Below are positions 48,018 through 57,345 of a stretch of DNA of 64,000 nt, piece after piece. The first letter of the stretch is position 1, and every line of letters starts with the position of its first letter. Under the pieces are notes generated by a model. It was not told where the DNA came from. It worked only from the letters and a program-made list of their open reading frames with translations, and did not search any database. Origin of the DNA: Myxococcota bacterium (GTDB lineage Bacteria > Myxococcota_A > UBA796 > CAJQPC01); NCBI GenBank assembly GCA_036229005.1, contig JAZAMN010000049.1, forward strand, positions 64,001 to 128,000, written 5' to 3'. Both the position numbers and the translations under genes were made by a program.

Positions 48018-48049
48018 AAAGGAGCCGGCCCCTCGGGGCTGGCTTCTTT
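48018..48049. terminator. Bidirectional intrinsic terminator
   Basis: AAAGGAGCCGGCCCC-TC-GGGGCTGGCTTCTTT between convergent operons. Confidence 0.75.
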
Positions 48050-48059
48050 CGCTCTGGGC

Positions 48060-48386
48060 TCACTCGCAGAGCAGCCACTGCTCCAGCCTCAGCCTGTCCT
48101 CGCTGGTGACTCCCCCCATTGGGGGCATGTCGGGGGCGTCCCCGGTGGAGCGGGTGAGGATGCGATCGGCGTGCTGCCACACAGCCTCCTCGTCATCAAA
48201 GTGAACCGCCTCTGGGGCCCCGTTGCGCTCGAGGCTCTCCGAGGCGTGGCACGACTGGCAGTGCTGGAGCATGAAGCCCTGGCCAAAGTTGTCGTAGGTG
48301 GTGAGCGGCGCGTCCTGGCAGAGCTCGGAGGCGCTGTCCTGGGGGGCGTCCTTTGCGCAGCCAAAGAGCAGGATCAAGGCGATCAC
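48060..48386 (-). CDS. Small mono-heme c-type cytochrome lipoprotein
   Basis: MIALILLFGC lipobox, CQSCH heme motif, distal MPPM axial-ligand candidate. Confidence 0.8.
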   Translation of the reverse strand: MIALILLFGCAKDAPQDSASELCQDAPLTTYDNFGQGFMLQHCQSCHASESLERNGAPEAVHFDDEEAVWQHADRILTRSTGDAPDMPPMGGVTSEDRLRLEQWLLCE

Positions 48387-49642
48387 TTGAGCATCCCCAG
48401 GATGGGACTCACGCCCTGCACGTAGGGGCCCGGATCGACGCCGGCGAGGGCCATCAGGGTGGCACCCAGGGCCTCCGCGGAGAAGATCTGCTCGCCCCCG
48501 ATGTCCCCGCTGACCGGGTCGATGTTGCGCCCGTAGACGTTGTCGTCCAGCCCGCCGTAGACGCGGCCCCCGTTGAGCCCGGGGCCCACCAGCATGGCCG
48601 AGGTGTAGGGCCAGTGGTCCTTGCCCAGAAAGCCGTTGAGCTGCGGGGTGCGCGCCATCTCGGAGAGCACGACCACGACGGTCTCCTCGGCCAGGGTGGG
48701 CGCCAGGGTGCCGGGGGTGGTCTGCAGCACGCTCATGAGCTGGTTCAGCCCGTCGAAGAGGCTCTCCCAGAGCGGCGACTGCAGCGCGTCGTTGTCCGCG
48801 TGGGTGTCCCAGTTCGCGGCCTGGCGCAGGGTCACGCAGCGGGAGACGCCCAGGGTGAGGAGATCCGCGGCGACCTGTGCCTGGGAGCCCAGGGTGCTGC
48901 CGGCGGAGAAGTCCATCACGTAGCGCAGGTCCTTGAGGCTGCGGGCCTGCTCCATCGCGTGGTGCAGGTCGCTGGTCAGGGAGGCCTCCAGGGCGGACTG
49001 GGTCCCCTCGGCGCGCGCGCCCGCCCGGCGCAGCATGTAGCTGTCCAGGATGCCCTCGGCGGGGTGTGAGGGGCCGCCGGCGGCCATCGTCGACAGGTCC
49101 AGGGCCGAGCCGTCGATCAGCGCGTCGAGCTGCCCTCCCCCGCCCGCGCGGGCCACGGCCACGCCCAGGTCTCCGGGGAAGGAGGGGCCATCCAGCACCA
49201 CGTGGGGGATGGTGAAGTCCGCGCGCTGTGCGTTGGCCAGGATGGCCGGCCAGTCCGGACGCAGACCCGAGGAGTCGCCGGTCATGGCCAGTACGGTGCA
49301 GATCTCGTGGGCGATGGAGCGCACCAGCATCCCGTTGACCACCAGGCTCTGCGCGCCCCAGGCCTCGAAGAAGGCGTCCACGCTGGGCCGGGAGGCGTGG
49401 GCCACGTAGTCGATGCCCCCCGCGCTGCCCCGCTCGGCGTCGGACTCCATGTCGATGGCCGCGTGGTCGAAGCCGTCCACGAACACCCGCGTGGGGTCCC
49501 AGCCGCCGGAGTTGAACACAAAGATGAACTTGAGCTGGGAGTCCGTCAGGGGGTTGGCCCGCGCCACCCCAAAGGGGCTCGGGGCGCCCATCGCCAGCAG
49601 GCCTGCGCCCAGGCCGCCCAGCATCGTGCGTCGCTTGATCAT
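48383..49642 (-). CDS. DUF1501-family Tat-exported protein
   Basis: KRRTML Tat signal; FVFNSGGWDP, WDTH, SEMARTP and GKDHWP. Confidence 0.85.
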   Translation of the reverse strand: MIKRRTMLGGLGAGLLAMGAPSPFGVARANPLTDSQLKFIFVFNSGGWDPTRVFVDGFDHAAIDMESDAERGSAGGIDYVAHASRPSVDAFFEAWGAQSLVVNGMLVRSIAHEICTVLAMTGDSSGLRPDWPAILANAQRADFTIPHVVLDGPSFPGDLGVAVARAGGGGQLDALIDGSALDLSTMAAGGPSHPAEGILDSYMLRRAGARAEGTQSALEASLTSDLHHAMEQARSLKDLRYVMDFSAGSTLGSQAQVAADLLTLGVSRCVTLRQAANWDTHADNDALQSPLWESLFDGLNQLMSVLQTTPGTLAPTLAEETVVVVLSEMARTPQLNGFLGKDHWPYTSAMLVGPGLNGGRVYGGLDDNVYGRNIDPVSGDIGGEQIFSAEALGATLMALAGVDPGPYVQGVSPILGMLK

Positions 49643-49651
49643 GGGTGCCTC

Positions 49652-51238
49652 TCAGTACAGCAGGAAGTCAGGGTCACGGAGGAGGACGGAGAGGAGGCCG
49701 GCCCAGGCGGCCACCGGATCCTGGTCCACCGCATACAGCGCTGACCACAGCTCCAGGTTGGCGGCGACCTCGGGCCCATCCGAGGACACGCTGGCCCCGA
49801 AGATCCGGAAGTGCAGGGCCTGGATCTGCGCCGTCATGGCCTCCAGGTCACTCTCCGGGGTCGCGGAGGCGGAGACCGTGAACAGCCCCGGGCCCTCGCT
49901 GCCCTCGAAGTCCTGCTCGGCGGCGTACCAGGCAGCGGCCTCGGCCAGGCGCTCCTGCACCAGCACGATGGTCGCGTTGGGGGCCGACGCGGTCTCGGTC
50001 ACGTTGGAGCCGTCCGCGCCGCCGGCCAGCAGGCGGTAGCCCACCCGGTCGCTGCGCATCAGGTCGTAGTCCTGGTAGGTCCAGGCGAAGCCGGTCAGGT
50101 CCTCGATCTGGCTAGCCAGCAGGTCCGGGGTGGCCATCTTGCGGCCCACCGCGCCCTCCTGGTCACCGGACTGGGCGTAGACCGGGTCCAGCACCACCGA
50201 GCGCATCAGGGAGCGCCAGGTCAGCCCGCCGGCCAGGAAGGCCTCGCGGTGGGCGGTCAGGCGGTCCGCGTCGGACTCCACGGCGTCCCGCCGCATTGTG
50301 GTCGTCCAGGCGGTCTCCACCGCACACTCCACAAAGCGCGGGTCGCCAGCGATCTGCTGGCCCAGGTCCGTCAGGTTGTAGCCGGGGCTGCCGTACCAGC
50401 TCGGCCCCACGCCGATGTAGTCCTTCCAGAGCAGCTCACGCTCGGCGTGGTACTCGGTGACCTCCAGGGGGTTGCCGGGGTCGTAGGTGAAGAAGCCGAA
50501 CAGGTAGCTGGCGATGGGGTCCAGGCCGCTGTGGCAGTTCACGCAGCTCGGGTCGTTCTGGAGCGCGTCCGCGACCGCCCCCTCGTCCAGCAGGTTGATG
50601 TTGCGGTCGAAGTCGATGGGCCGGGTCAGGTAGTCATTGCACAGGAAGATCCGGCTGATGTTGTTGGCCCGCTTGCGGTTGGCGTTGGAGGTGGTGGTCG
50701 TGTAGCGCCACCACATCGCGTTGGTGCTCAGCACGCCCACGTGGGGCCGCCCGTCGTCGTAGTGGGCCTGCTGCCAGCCGGGCCCCGCGTAGTCCCCGAT
50801 GGGCCAGATCGTGGCCAGCATCTCGTTGGACATGGTCCAGTCGGCGGTCACCACCTCGGTCCAGGGCAGGTCCTGCTCGACCACCTGGCCGACGATGCGC
50901 AGGGGCTCCTCGCCGATGCTGCGCTCGTACTCGGCGCGCTCGGCGTCCCCCATCCCGTAGGACTCGGGGCCGATGGCGAAGGCCTCGCTGCGGGTCAGGA
51001 AGATCTCCGCCCACACGTCCCGGCTGCGCTCGGCGAAGCGGGGGTCCACCAGGAAGGCGTCGACGGCCTCCTCGTAGGAGAGCGCCCCCGACTGGTACTC
51101 GGCCAGCTCCTGGGTGCTGGGGCGCACACCCCGCAGGTCCAGGCTGGCGCGGATCAGGCGCTGGGTGTCGCTGAGCTCCGGGCCGGTCTGCGCCGAGGTG
51201 ACCTCGCCGGTGGAGCAGGCCAGCAGGAGCATCACCAT
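49652..51238 (-). CDS. Heme-binding lipoprotein with DUF1549/DUF1588/DUF1585-like segments
   Basis: MVMLLLAC lipobox; RASLDLRGVRPS; CVNCHSGLDP; DPRFVECAV; DPDFLLY C-terminus. Confidence 0.7.
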   Translation of the reverse strand: MVMLLLACSTGEVTSAQTGPELSDTQRLIRASLDLRGVRPSTQELAEYQSGALSYEEAVDAFLVDPRFAERSRDVWAEIFLTRSEAFAIGPESYGMGDAERAEYERSIGEEPLRIVGQVVEQDLPWTEVVTADWTMSNEMLATIWPIGDYAGPGWQQAHYDDGRPHVGVLSTNAMWWRYTTTTSNANRKRANNISRIFLCNDYLTRPIDFDRNINLLDEGAVADALQNDPSCVNCHSGLDPIASYLFGFFTYDPGNPLEVTEYHAERELLWKDYIGVGPSWYGSPGYNLTDLGQQIAGDPRFVECAVETAWTTTMRRDAVESDADRLTAHREAFLAGGLTWRSLMRSVVLDPVYAQSGDQEGAVGRKMATPDLLASQIEDLTGFAWTYQDYDLMRSDRVGYRLLAGGADGSNVTETASAPNATIVLVQERLAEAAAWYAAEQDFEGSEGPGLFTVSASATPESDLEAMTAQIQALHFRIFGASVSSDGPEVAANLELWSALYAVDQDPVAAWAGLLSVLLRDPDFLLY

Positions 51239-52188
51239 GGCGACACCTCCCAGGCGGTGAGCACAGATGTGTCCACGCAAGCCTCGCCCGCTGCCTCCCC
51301 CTGGACATAGATGGTGCCGCAGCCATCGCAGAGGTCGGGGTCCATGGTCTCGCCCTCCTCGGTGGTGTTGTCGAACAGGATGTCGTACCAGACGCCCTCG
51401 GTGTCGCGGACGGAGAGCATCCCGGCGGGCTCCACGGGGCACGCGGTCAGGGGGCTGGTCATGACCGTGAAGCTGTCCAGGACGGCCGCGCTGACCTCTC
51501 CCACGAACCCGCCGACGCCGCCGTTGGCCTGCATCACCGTGCCGTAGTAGCCGGGGTAGATCTCGTTCTCGGGGATGCGGTAGCTGTAGAGCGTCAGGTC
51601 GGGGGTCAGCGCGCTCTCCAGCCAGGTCCCGGCCGCGCTGGGCCCGTCGTAGGCGAACGCTCCGGAGACCACGCTGCTGTAGATGGTGTGCGGGACCGCG
51701 TGGGCGCCGCTCTCCATGTCGGCGGTCGCGACGAGCGCCTGGGCGTTGCCTCCGCCGGAGAAGGTGTAGCCCTGGGAGGTGGTGACCTCGGCCACGGTGT
51801 AGACCGCGCCGCCGTTGTAGAGGTAGCCGTCGGCGGCCGTGTCCTCGTACAGGTAGCCGAAGCCGTAGCCGGAGAAGTAGCTGCCATCGTCGGCATAGCA
51901 GTAGTCGTACCAGTACACGTTGCCGTCGTTCTGGTAGTAGTCCGGGCAGTCCCCCTGCTGACCTGCCATCGCCAGGAAGTAGGCGTCCACGATGGGCGCG
52001 GCGTTGAGCTCCAGCAGGCTGGCGAGCACCTCGGTGGCGGCGAGCTCGACCTCCGCGGGGCTCAAGGCGGGCGCGACGGGCTCGTCCTGCTCGTAGATGT
52101 AGGGCGTGACGGTGGCCTCGGGGGCGGTGTCCAGGGTCTCACCGCCGCCGGTGCAGGCGCTCAAGCCCACCAAGAGGGTCCAGGTCAT
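51232..52188 (-). CDS. Hypothetical Tyr/Cys-rich lipoprotein
   Basis: MTWTLLVGLSAC lipobox, GGAG RBS, CDGCG motif. First gene of the operon. Confidence 0.65.
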   Translation of the reverse strand: MTWTLLVGLSACTGGGETLDTAPEATVTPYIYEQDEPVAPALSPAEVELAATEVLASLLELNAAPIVDAYFLAMAGQQGDCPDYYQNDGNVYWYDYCYADDGSYFSGYGFGYLYEDTAADGYLYNGGAVYTVAEVTTSQGYTFSGGGNAQALVATADMESGAHAVPHTIYSSVVSGAFAYDGPSAAGTWLESALTPDLTLYSYRIPENEIYPGYYGTVMQANGGVGGFVGEVSAAVLDSFTVMTSPLTACPVEPAGMLSVRDTEGVWYDILFDNTTEEGETMDPDLCDGCGTIYVQGEAAGEACVDTSVLTAWEVSPW

Positions 52189-52308
52189 GGGAACTCCAGG
52201 GTCAATCTGCGATCAGGGTGCCGCAGTCCGGGCGCGCCGCAAAGGCCACGCTCAGAGATTGGACCCCCCACAGCCCGCGGATCGAAAGCGCGGCCCGAGT
52301 TTTCTGGG

Positions 52309-53079
52309 CTACTCGCCCTTCTTGCGCCGGCCCATGCGCATCCGGCCCTCGCCGCCGCCCATCCCGAAGAGATCGTCCAGGCCCACGTCTCCCCGCGGGG
52401 CGCTGCGCTCCACCGGTTTCTTGGGGGGAGGAGGTGGCTGGGTGGCCTCCGGAGTGCTCGTCTCCACCACCGGGGCTGGCTGGGCCTTCTCCACCTTGCG
52501 GACCTTGGGTCCCGAAGTCGAGGTGCGGCGCATGCGGAAGCGCCCCTTGGGCTTTGGGGCCTTGGGGGGCAGGCCCAGGCGCGGCGGCTCACCCTCGGCG
52601 ACCTCGGGCGGCGCAGTGGGCTGGGCTTGCGCAGGAGGCGGCTTGGTCCCCGGGCGACGCGGCACCCGGCTGGCGGGCACGTTGCTGGGCTTGGGCGGCG
52701 CCTGCTTGGGCCGCGGCTTGGGCTTGGGCTTGGCCTTGGGGATCCCCTTGGGGTTCCACTGGGGGCGCTCGCCGGCGGCGCTGGCCTTGCCCCCCGGGCG
52801 GCCCTTGGGCTTCCTGGGCTCCTTCACCCGGGCGTGGGGCGCGGGCTGGCGCTTCTTGTCCAGCTTGAGGCCCACCGACCCGATCTGCAGCGGACGCTCC
52901 TTGGCGTCGGGATCGTAGGGGTCCGCGAGGCCCATGCGGGCGAAGAGCTTGGAGCGGCGCTCGCTGCCCGGCCCCTGCTTGCGCCGCCTGCCGACGCGGT
53001 CCAGCATCCGCGAGCCGATGGGCTCCCGGGCACGCATGCCCCCGCGCAGCAGATCCTTGGCCTTGGTGTCGTCGGACAT
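52309..53079 (-). CDS. Hypothetical basic Pro/Lys/Arg-rich, probably disordered protein
   Basis: Low-complexity PKAKPKPKPRPK. TAAGCT-N6-ATG start signature. Fills the gap between two minus-strand genes. Confidence 0.6.
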   Translation of the reverse strand: MSDDTKAKDLLRGGMRAREPIGSRMLDRVGRRRKQGPGSERRSKLFARMGLADPYDPDAKERPLQIGSVGLKLDKKRQPAPHARVKEPRKPKGRPGGKASAAGERPQWNPKGIPKAKPKPKPRPKQAPPKPSNVPASRVPRRPGTKPPPAQAQPTAPPEVAEGEPPRLGLPPKAPKPKGRFRMRRTSTSGPKVRKVEKAQPAPVVETSTPEATQPPPPPKKPVERSAPRGDVGLDDLFGMGGGEGRMRMGRRKKGE

Positions 53080-53100
53080 GCCGTCAGCTTAGCAGGCGGA

Positions 53101-53706
53101 TCAGCGAGACCGGCGCAGAGTCACCTGCCGCCGCATCTGGGACACCGTGGTCTCCAGGCCCATGTCCGCGGCGTACTTGTGGACGCGCTCCGGCAGCCAC
53201 CACGCCGTCTCCACCTGCACCTGGTAGACCACCAGGGTCTTGGTGGGGTCCGCCGGCCAGGGCTCCACCCGCCACCAGCCGCGGCTGGCCGCCAGCGGGG
53301 AGTAGCCGGTGGGGCGCATCTCCCAGACCATGTAGTCCTGCTCGTCGTAGAGCAGGCAGTCGATGCGGTAGCGGGTGACCACGCCCTTGGTGGTCAGCTC
53401 CATGCCCCAGCGCAGCGCGTTGCTGGGGGAGCCCGGGGCGGGGTCGTCCGTCCAGCTCTGGGTCACGTAGGGCAGGAAGCGCACGTAGCTGTCGAAGTCC
53501 AGGACCACGTCCCAGAACTCCTGCGGCGTGCCGTCCACCAGGGCGGCCGAGGACCCGGTGCTGCCCCGCTCTTCGTGGGCCTGCCGGACGATGACCTCTC
53601 CCGACTCGAGCGCGGAGATCTCCGCGGCGCTCAGATCCAGCGCCGGGGGGGGCTCGTTCCAGGACTGGGCCTGGGCAGCGCCAGCGAGCAGAGAGAGGAA
53701 CTTCAA
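53101..53706 (-). CDS. SRPBCC/START-domain protein with a probable signal peptide
   Basis: FWDVVLDFDSYVRFLPYV, GWWRVEP and TLVVY. TTG start overlaps the M16 stop. Confidence 0.7.
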   Translation of the reverse strand: MKFLSLLAGAAQAQSWNEPPPALDLSAAEISALESGEVIVRQAHEERGSTGSSAALVDGTPQEFWDVVLDFDSYVRFLPYVTQSWTDDPAPGSPSNALRWGMELTTKGVVTRYRIDCLLYDEQDYMVWEMRPTGYSPLAASRGWWRVEPWPADPTKTLVVYQVQVETAWWLPERVHKYAADMGLETTVSQMRRQVTLRRSR

Positions 53707-56180
53707 CGCAGGCCTCCAGCGAAGACCACCGCCTGGGGGCCCTCCAGGATCTCCCCTATCGTGTCCCGCACCTGCGCCACAGTGCAGGCCCGGATCGCCG
53801 CCTCGTCCTGCTCCCAGACGGTCGCGGGGTCCTTCCCGTAGAGCGCGCCCAGGCACAGGTCCAGGGCCCGCGACGCCGAGCGCTGCCGCCCCATGGCCCG
53901 GCCCCCCAGCATGCCGCGGCGGGCCTTCTCCAGCTCTTCGGCGGTGGGCCCGTCCTGGGCAAAGCTGCGCAACACTTCCTCCAGCCCGACGCGGGCCTTG
54001 TCGGCCAGCTCCGGCGCGACGGCGATGTGCGCAGTGAACACCCCGAGCTCCAGCCCTTGTTCCGTGGAGGCCGACACCGAGTAGGCCCACCCCCGCTTCT
54101 CGCGGAGCTCCATGAACAGCCGCCCGCCCTGCCCGTTCAGGCAGGTCACCGCCAGCGCCAGGGCCGGCCCCTTGGGGTCGCCGTGACAGAGGCCGGGCCA
54201 GCCGAGCAGCACGTGGGCCTGCTCCCGCTTGATGGGGATACGGCGCTCGCCGGCCTGGGCCAGCGGCTTCACCGACTCCATGGGGGCGCCGGCGCCGCTC
54301 ATGCGGCCGAACAGGGCCTCTACGCGCTCCAGGGTGCGCTCCGGGTCCACCGCGCCGGACAGGGCCAGGACCATGCCCTCGGGGGCGATGCGCTGCCGGT
54401 GCAAGCGCTTGAGGCTGCTCACGCCCATCCGGGCCAGACTCGCCGGCTTTCCCCCCCGCGGCATGGCGTTGGGGTGCGGGCCCAGGAGCTGCTCGCGCAG
54501 GGCGCGCTCCGCCAGGGTCCCCGGGTCGTCCTGGCTCACGAACCAGTCATGGCGCAGCTCGGCCCGGCCCCGCTTGACCTCGTCCGCCGGGAAGTGCGGG
54601 CGCGTGAGCATGCCGCTGGCGATCTCCAGGCCCAGGTCCATGCGCTCGCCGGGCAGCTCCCAGCGCAGGCCCATGGACTGCCGGCCGCCAAAGCCCGCGA
54701 GCACGCCGCCCGCCAGATCCAGGCGCTCCGCGAGCTCCCGCGGCCCGAGCCCAGGTGCGCCCACACAGCTCGCCCAGAGCTGCGAGATGCCGGCGGTCCC
54801 CGGCGTCTCCGCGAGCTGCCCCCCCAAGACGGCCAGGCGCGCGGCCACGAGTGGCACCGGGCGCGGCTCCAGCACCACCCGCAGTCCGTTGGAGAGGGTG
54901 AACTGCTCGATCGCCGGGCGCGCCTTCCGGGCCGGAGGCGCGGGCACCTGCAGGGCCGCCCGCAGCTTGGGCTCCGGCAGCTCCTTGGGGCTGAGCACCC
55001 CCAGCACCGCCTGGTCCAGATCCAGGTAGCGCGCCGCCTTGCGCAGGCTGTCCAGGTCCACCGCCTGCACCTGGGCCCGGTAGAGCTCCGCGGCCCCCGG
55101 GTCCCCACGCAGCGCCGCGTACCAGACCATGTCGTGGGCCCGGCCGTCGACCGTCTCCTGCAGGAAGACCTTCTCGGACAGGATCTGCGCCTGGGCCCGG
55201 TGCAACCCCGCCAGGCCCAGCAGCTCGGGCAGCTCCGCCAGCGCCTGGCCCAGCGCCTGCAGACAGGCCAGCTCCTGGCCCTCCAGCGGCGCGCAGCCCA
55301 CGGTCAGCATGCCCGGGTCCCGCTCGGTCTCCGACCACGCCCAGGTCTCCGTCGCCAGCCCGGTGAGCTGCAGGCGCTCCCCCAGGATGCTCGCCGGACT
55401 CCCGGCCAGGAGCAGCATCAGACAGTCCAGCGCAGCCGACTCGGTGTCCTCGACGGAGACCCCGCGGAACGAGAGCTCCAGCAGGGGCTCCTCGAAGCGG
55501 CCGGGGATCTGCAGCACCCGCAGCCCCTGCTGCCGGGGTTCGGTGGGACGCGGTGGGCGCTCCCGCTTGGGGGCGGACGGCACCAGCTCCTCGACCTTCT
55601 TCACGACCGCTTCCGGGGCCATGGGACCGGAGACCCCCACCACGAGCTGGTCGGCCCGGTAGTGCTCCCGGTGGAACGCCATCAGCGCCTCCCGGGTCAT
55701 GCCGCGCACGCTCTCGCTGCTGCCGATCACCGGGCGGCCGTAGGGGTGGACGTGGAAGAGGGTGCGGGCGACCTCCTCGGCCAGGGTGCCCATGGGGTCG
55801 TCCTGACCGCCGCGGATCTCCTCCAGGATCACCTCGCGCTCGCGCTCCAGCTCCGTGGGGTCGAAGCGGGGGTTCAGTGCCATGTCGACCAGGATCTCCA
55901 GGGTCTGCTCCCAGTGCTCGGCGGGGACCGTCGCGTGCAGCACCGTGCGCTCGTAGGAGGTGTAGGCGTTGATCTCCCCGCCCATGCCCTCCACGAAGCC
56001 CGCGAGCTCCTCCAGGGAGCGCCGCTCGGTGCCCTTGAAGAGCATGTGCTCCACAAAGTGCGCGGCCCCGTGCTGATCGGGCCCCTCTTCGACCGAGCCG
56101 GCGTCGATCCACAGGTAGACCGCCGCCACCGGCGCGCCCTCGAAGTGATCCACCAGCACCCGGGGAGACTGACGCGTCAT
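53703..56180 (-). CDS. M16 (pitrilysin) zinc peptidase, two-lobed
   Basis: GAAHFVEHMLFKGT (HxxEH), NAYTS, EREVILEE, HPYGRP and RLFMELREKRGWAYSV. AAGGAG RBS. Confidence 0.92.
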   Translation of the reverse strand: MTRQSPRVLVDHFEGAPVAAVYLWIDAGSVEEGPDQHGAAHFVEHMLFKGTERRSLEELAGFVEGMGGEINAYTSYERTVLHATVPAEHWEQTLEILVDMALNPRFDPTELEREREVILEEIRGGQDDPMGTLAEEVARTLFHVHPYGRPVIGSSESVRGMTREALMAFHREHYRADQLVVGVSGPMAPEAVVKKVEELVPSAPKRERPPRPTEPRQQGLRVLQIPGRFEEPLLELSFRGVSVEDTESAALDCLMLLLAGSPASILGERLQLTGLATETWAWSETERDPGMLTVGCAPLEGQELACLQALGQALAELPELLGLAGLHRAQAQILSEKVFLQETVDGRAHDMVWYAALRGDPGAAELYRAQVQAVDLDSLRKAARYLDLDQAVLGVLSPKELPEPKLRAALQVPAPPARKARPAIEQFTLSNGLRVVLEPRPVPLVAARLAVLGGQLAETPGTAGISQLWASCVGAPGLGPRELAERLDLAGGVLAGFGGRQSMGLRWELPGERMDLGLEIASGMLTRPHFPADEVKRGRAELRHDWFVSQDDPGTLAERALREQLLGPHPNAMPRGGKPASLARMGVSSLKRLHRQRIAPEGMVLALSGAVDPERTLERVEALFGRMSGAGAPMESVKPLAQAGERRIPIKREQAHVLLGWPGLCHGDPKGPALALAVTCLNGQGGRLFMELREKRGWAYSVSASTEQGLELGVFTAHIAVAPELADKARVGLEEVLRSFAQDGPTAEELEKARRGMLGGRAMGRQRSASRALDLCLGALYGKDPATVWEQDEAAIRACTVAQVRDTIGEILEGPQAVVFAGGLR

Positions 56181-56223
56181 CGACGCTCCTTCAACATGCA
56201 AGACCCCCGGCTATAACCGCTCC

Positions 56224-57345
56224 ATGACCAGCCGAAAGCCCACCCAGGGCGCCTACGTGCACCTGCCCTGGTGCCGGCACCGCTGCCACTACTGCTCCTT
56301 CAACGTCCACGTGGACCGCGCCCCCCCGCAGGTGGCCTACACCCAGGCGCTCCTGTCCCAGTGGGGGGCCATGCAGCCGCTCTTTGGGGAGGTGGACAGC
56401 CTGTACTTTGGTGGAGGGACCCCCAGCCTGCACCCCCCGGATCAGCTCGCCCGGGTCATCTCTGCACTCTCGCCCCAAAGCGAGGTCACCCTGGAGGCCA
56501 ACCCCAGCAGCACCTCGCTGGCGTCCATCGGCGCGTGGCAGAGCGCGGGCATCACGCGATTGTCACTGGGTGTGCAGACCTTTGACGAGCACCACACACG
56601 CTTCCTCCACCGGGCCCACAGCGCAGCCGAGGCCATCACCCTGCTGGAGACGGTAGCCGCCGCCGGATTCCGCAGCTTCTCGGCCGATCTCATCTTCGCC
56701 CTCCCCGGGCAGACCCTGGCCCAGCTCGACCGCGATCTGGACCGCCTGCTGAGCGTGGAGGTGCCGCACGTGAGCCTCTACGGCTTGACGGCTCACCCCG
56801 GGACCTGGCTGGGGCGCGCCGTGGACTCGGGTCGGGTCGCGCTCCCCGACGAGGACACCTGGGAGGCCATGTACCTGCACATCGTGGCCCGCCTCCAGGA
56901 CGCCGGGCTGGAGCGCTACGAGGTCTCCAACTTCGCCCGGCCGGGGCACCGCAGCCAGCACAACGAGGCCACCTGGCGCGGGCTCCCCTACGTGGGCCTG
57001 GGCGCGGGGGCCCACGGCTTCACCCCCCAAGGCGTACGCACCCTCGGGACCGCCGATCCCGCCGCATTCATCGCCGACCCGCTGAGCTGGGAGGAGGAGT
57101 CGGCCGCCCCCGAACAGCTCGCCCTGGACCTGCTCCTGAGCACGCTCCGCCACGTGGACGGCGTGCCCCTGGATCGCCTGCGCGCCACCGGGTTCACCCT
57201 GGACGTGAACGCGATTCGCCCCCACCTGGACCGGGGCACCCTCCGGCTGGAGGATGGGCACCTCCGGCTGGGCCCTGGAGGCTGGACCCTGGCCGATGGA
57301 CTCACTCTGGCAGCGGCTTCGGCGCTCCACGCCGCGGTGACTTGA
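56224..57345 (+). CDS. hemW: Radical SAM heme chaperone HemW (HemN-like)
   Basis: YVHLPWCRHRCHYC, YFGGGTPS, TLEANP, RLSLGVQ and YEVSNF. Confidence 0.85.
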   Translation: MTSRKPTQGAYVHLPWCRHRCHYCSFNVHVDRAPPQVAYTQALLSQWGAMQPLFGEVDSLYFGGGTPSLHPPDQLARVISALSPQSEVTLEANPSSTSLASIGAWQSAGITRLSLGVQTFDEHHTRFLHRAHSAAEAITLLETVAAAGFRSFSADLIFALPGQTLAQLDRDLDRLLSVEVPHVSLYGLTAHPGTWLGRAVDSGRVALPDEDTWEAMYLHIVARLQDAGLERYEVSNFARPGHRSQHNEATWRGLPYVGLGAGAHGFTPQGVRTLGTADPAAFIADPLSWEEESAAPEQLALDLLLSTLRHVDGVPLDRLRATGFTLDVNAIRPHLDRGTLRLEDGHLRLGPGGWTLADGLTLAAASALHAAVT

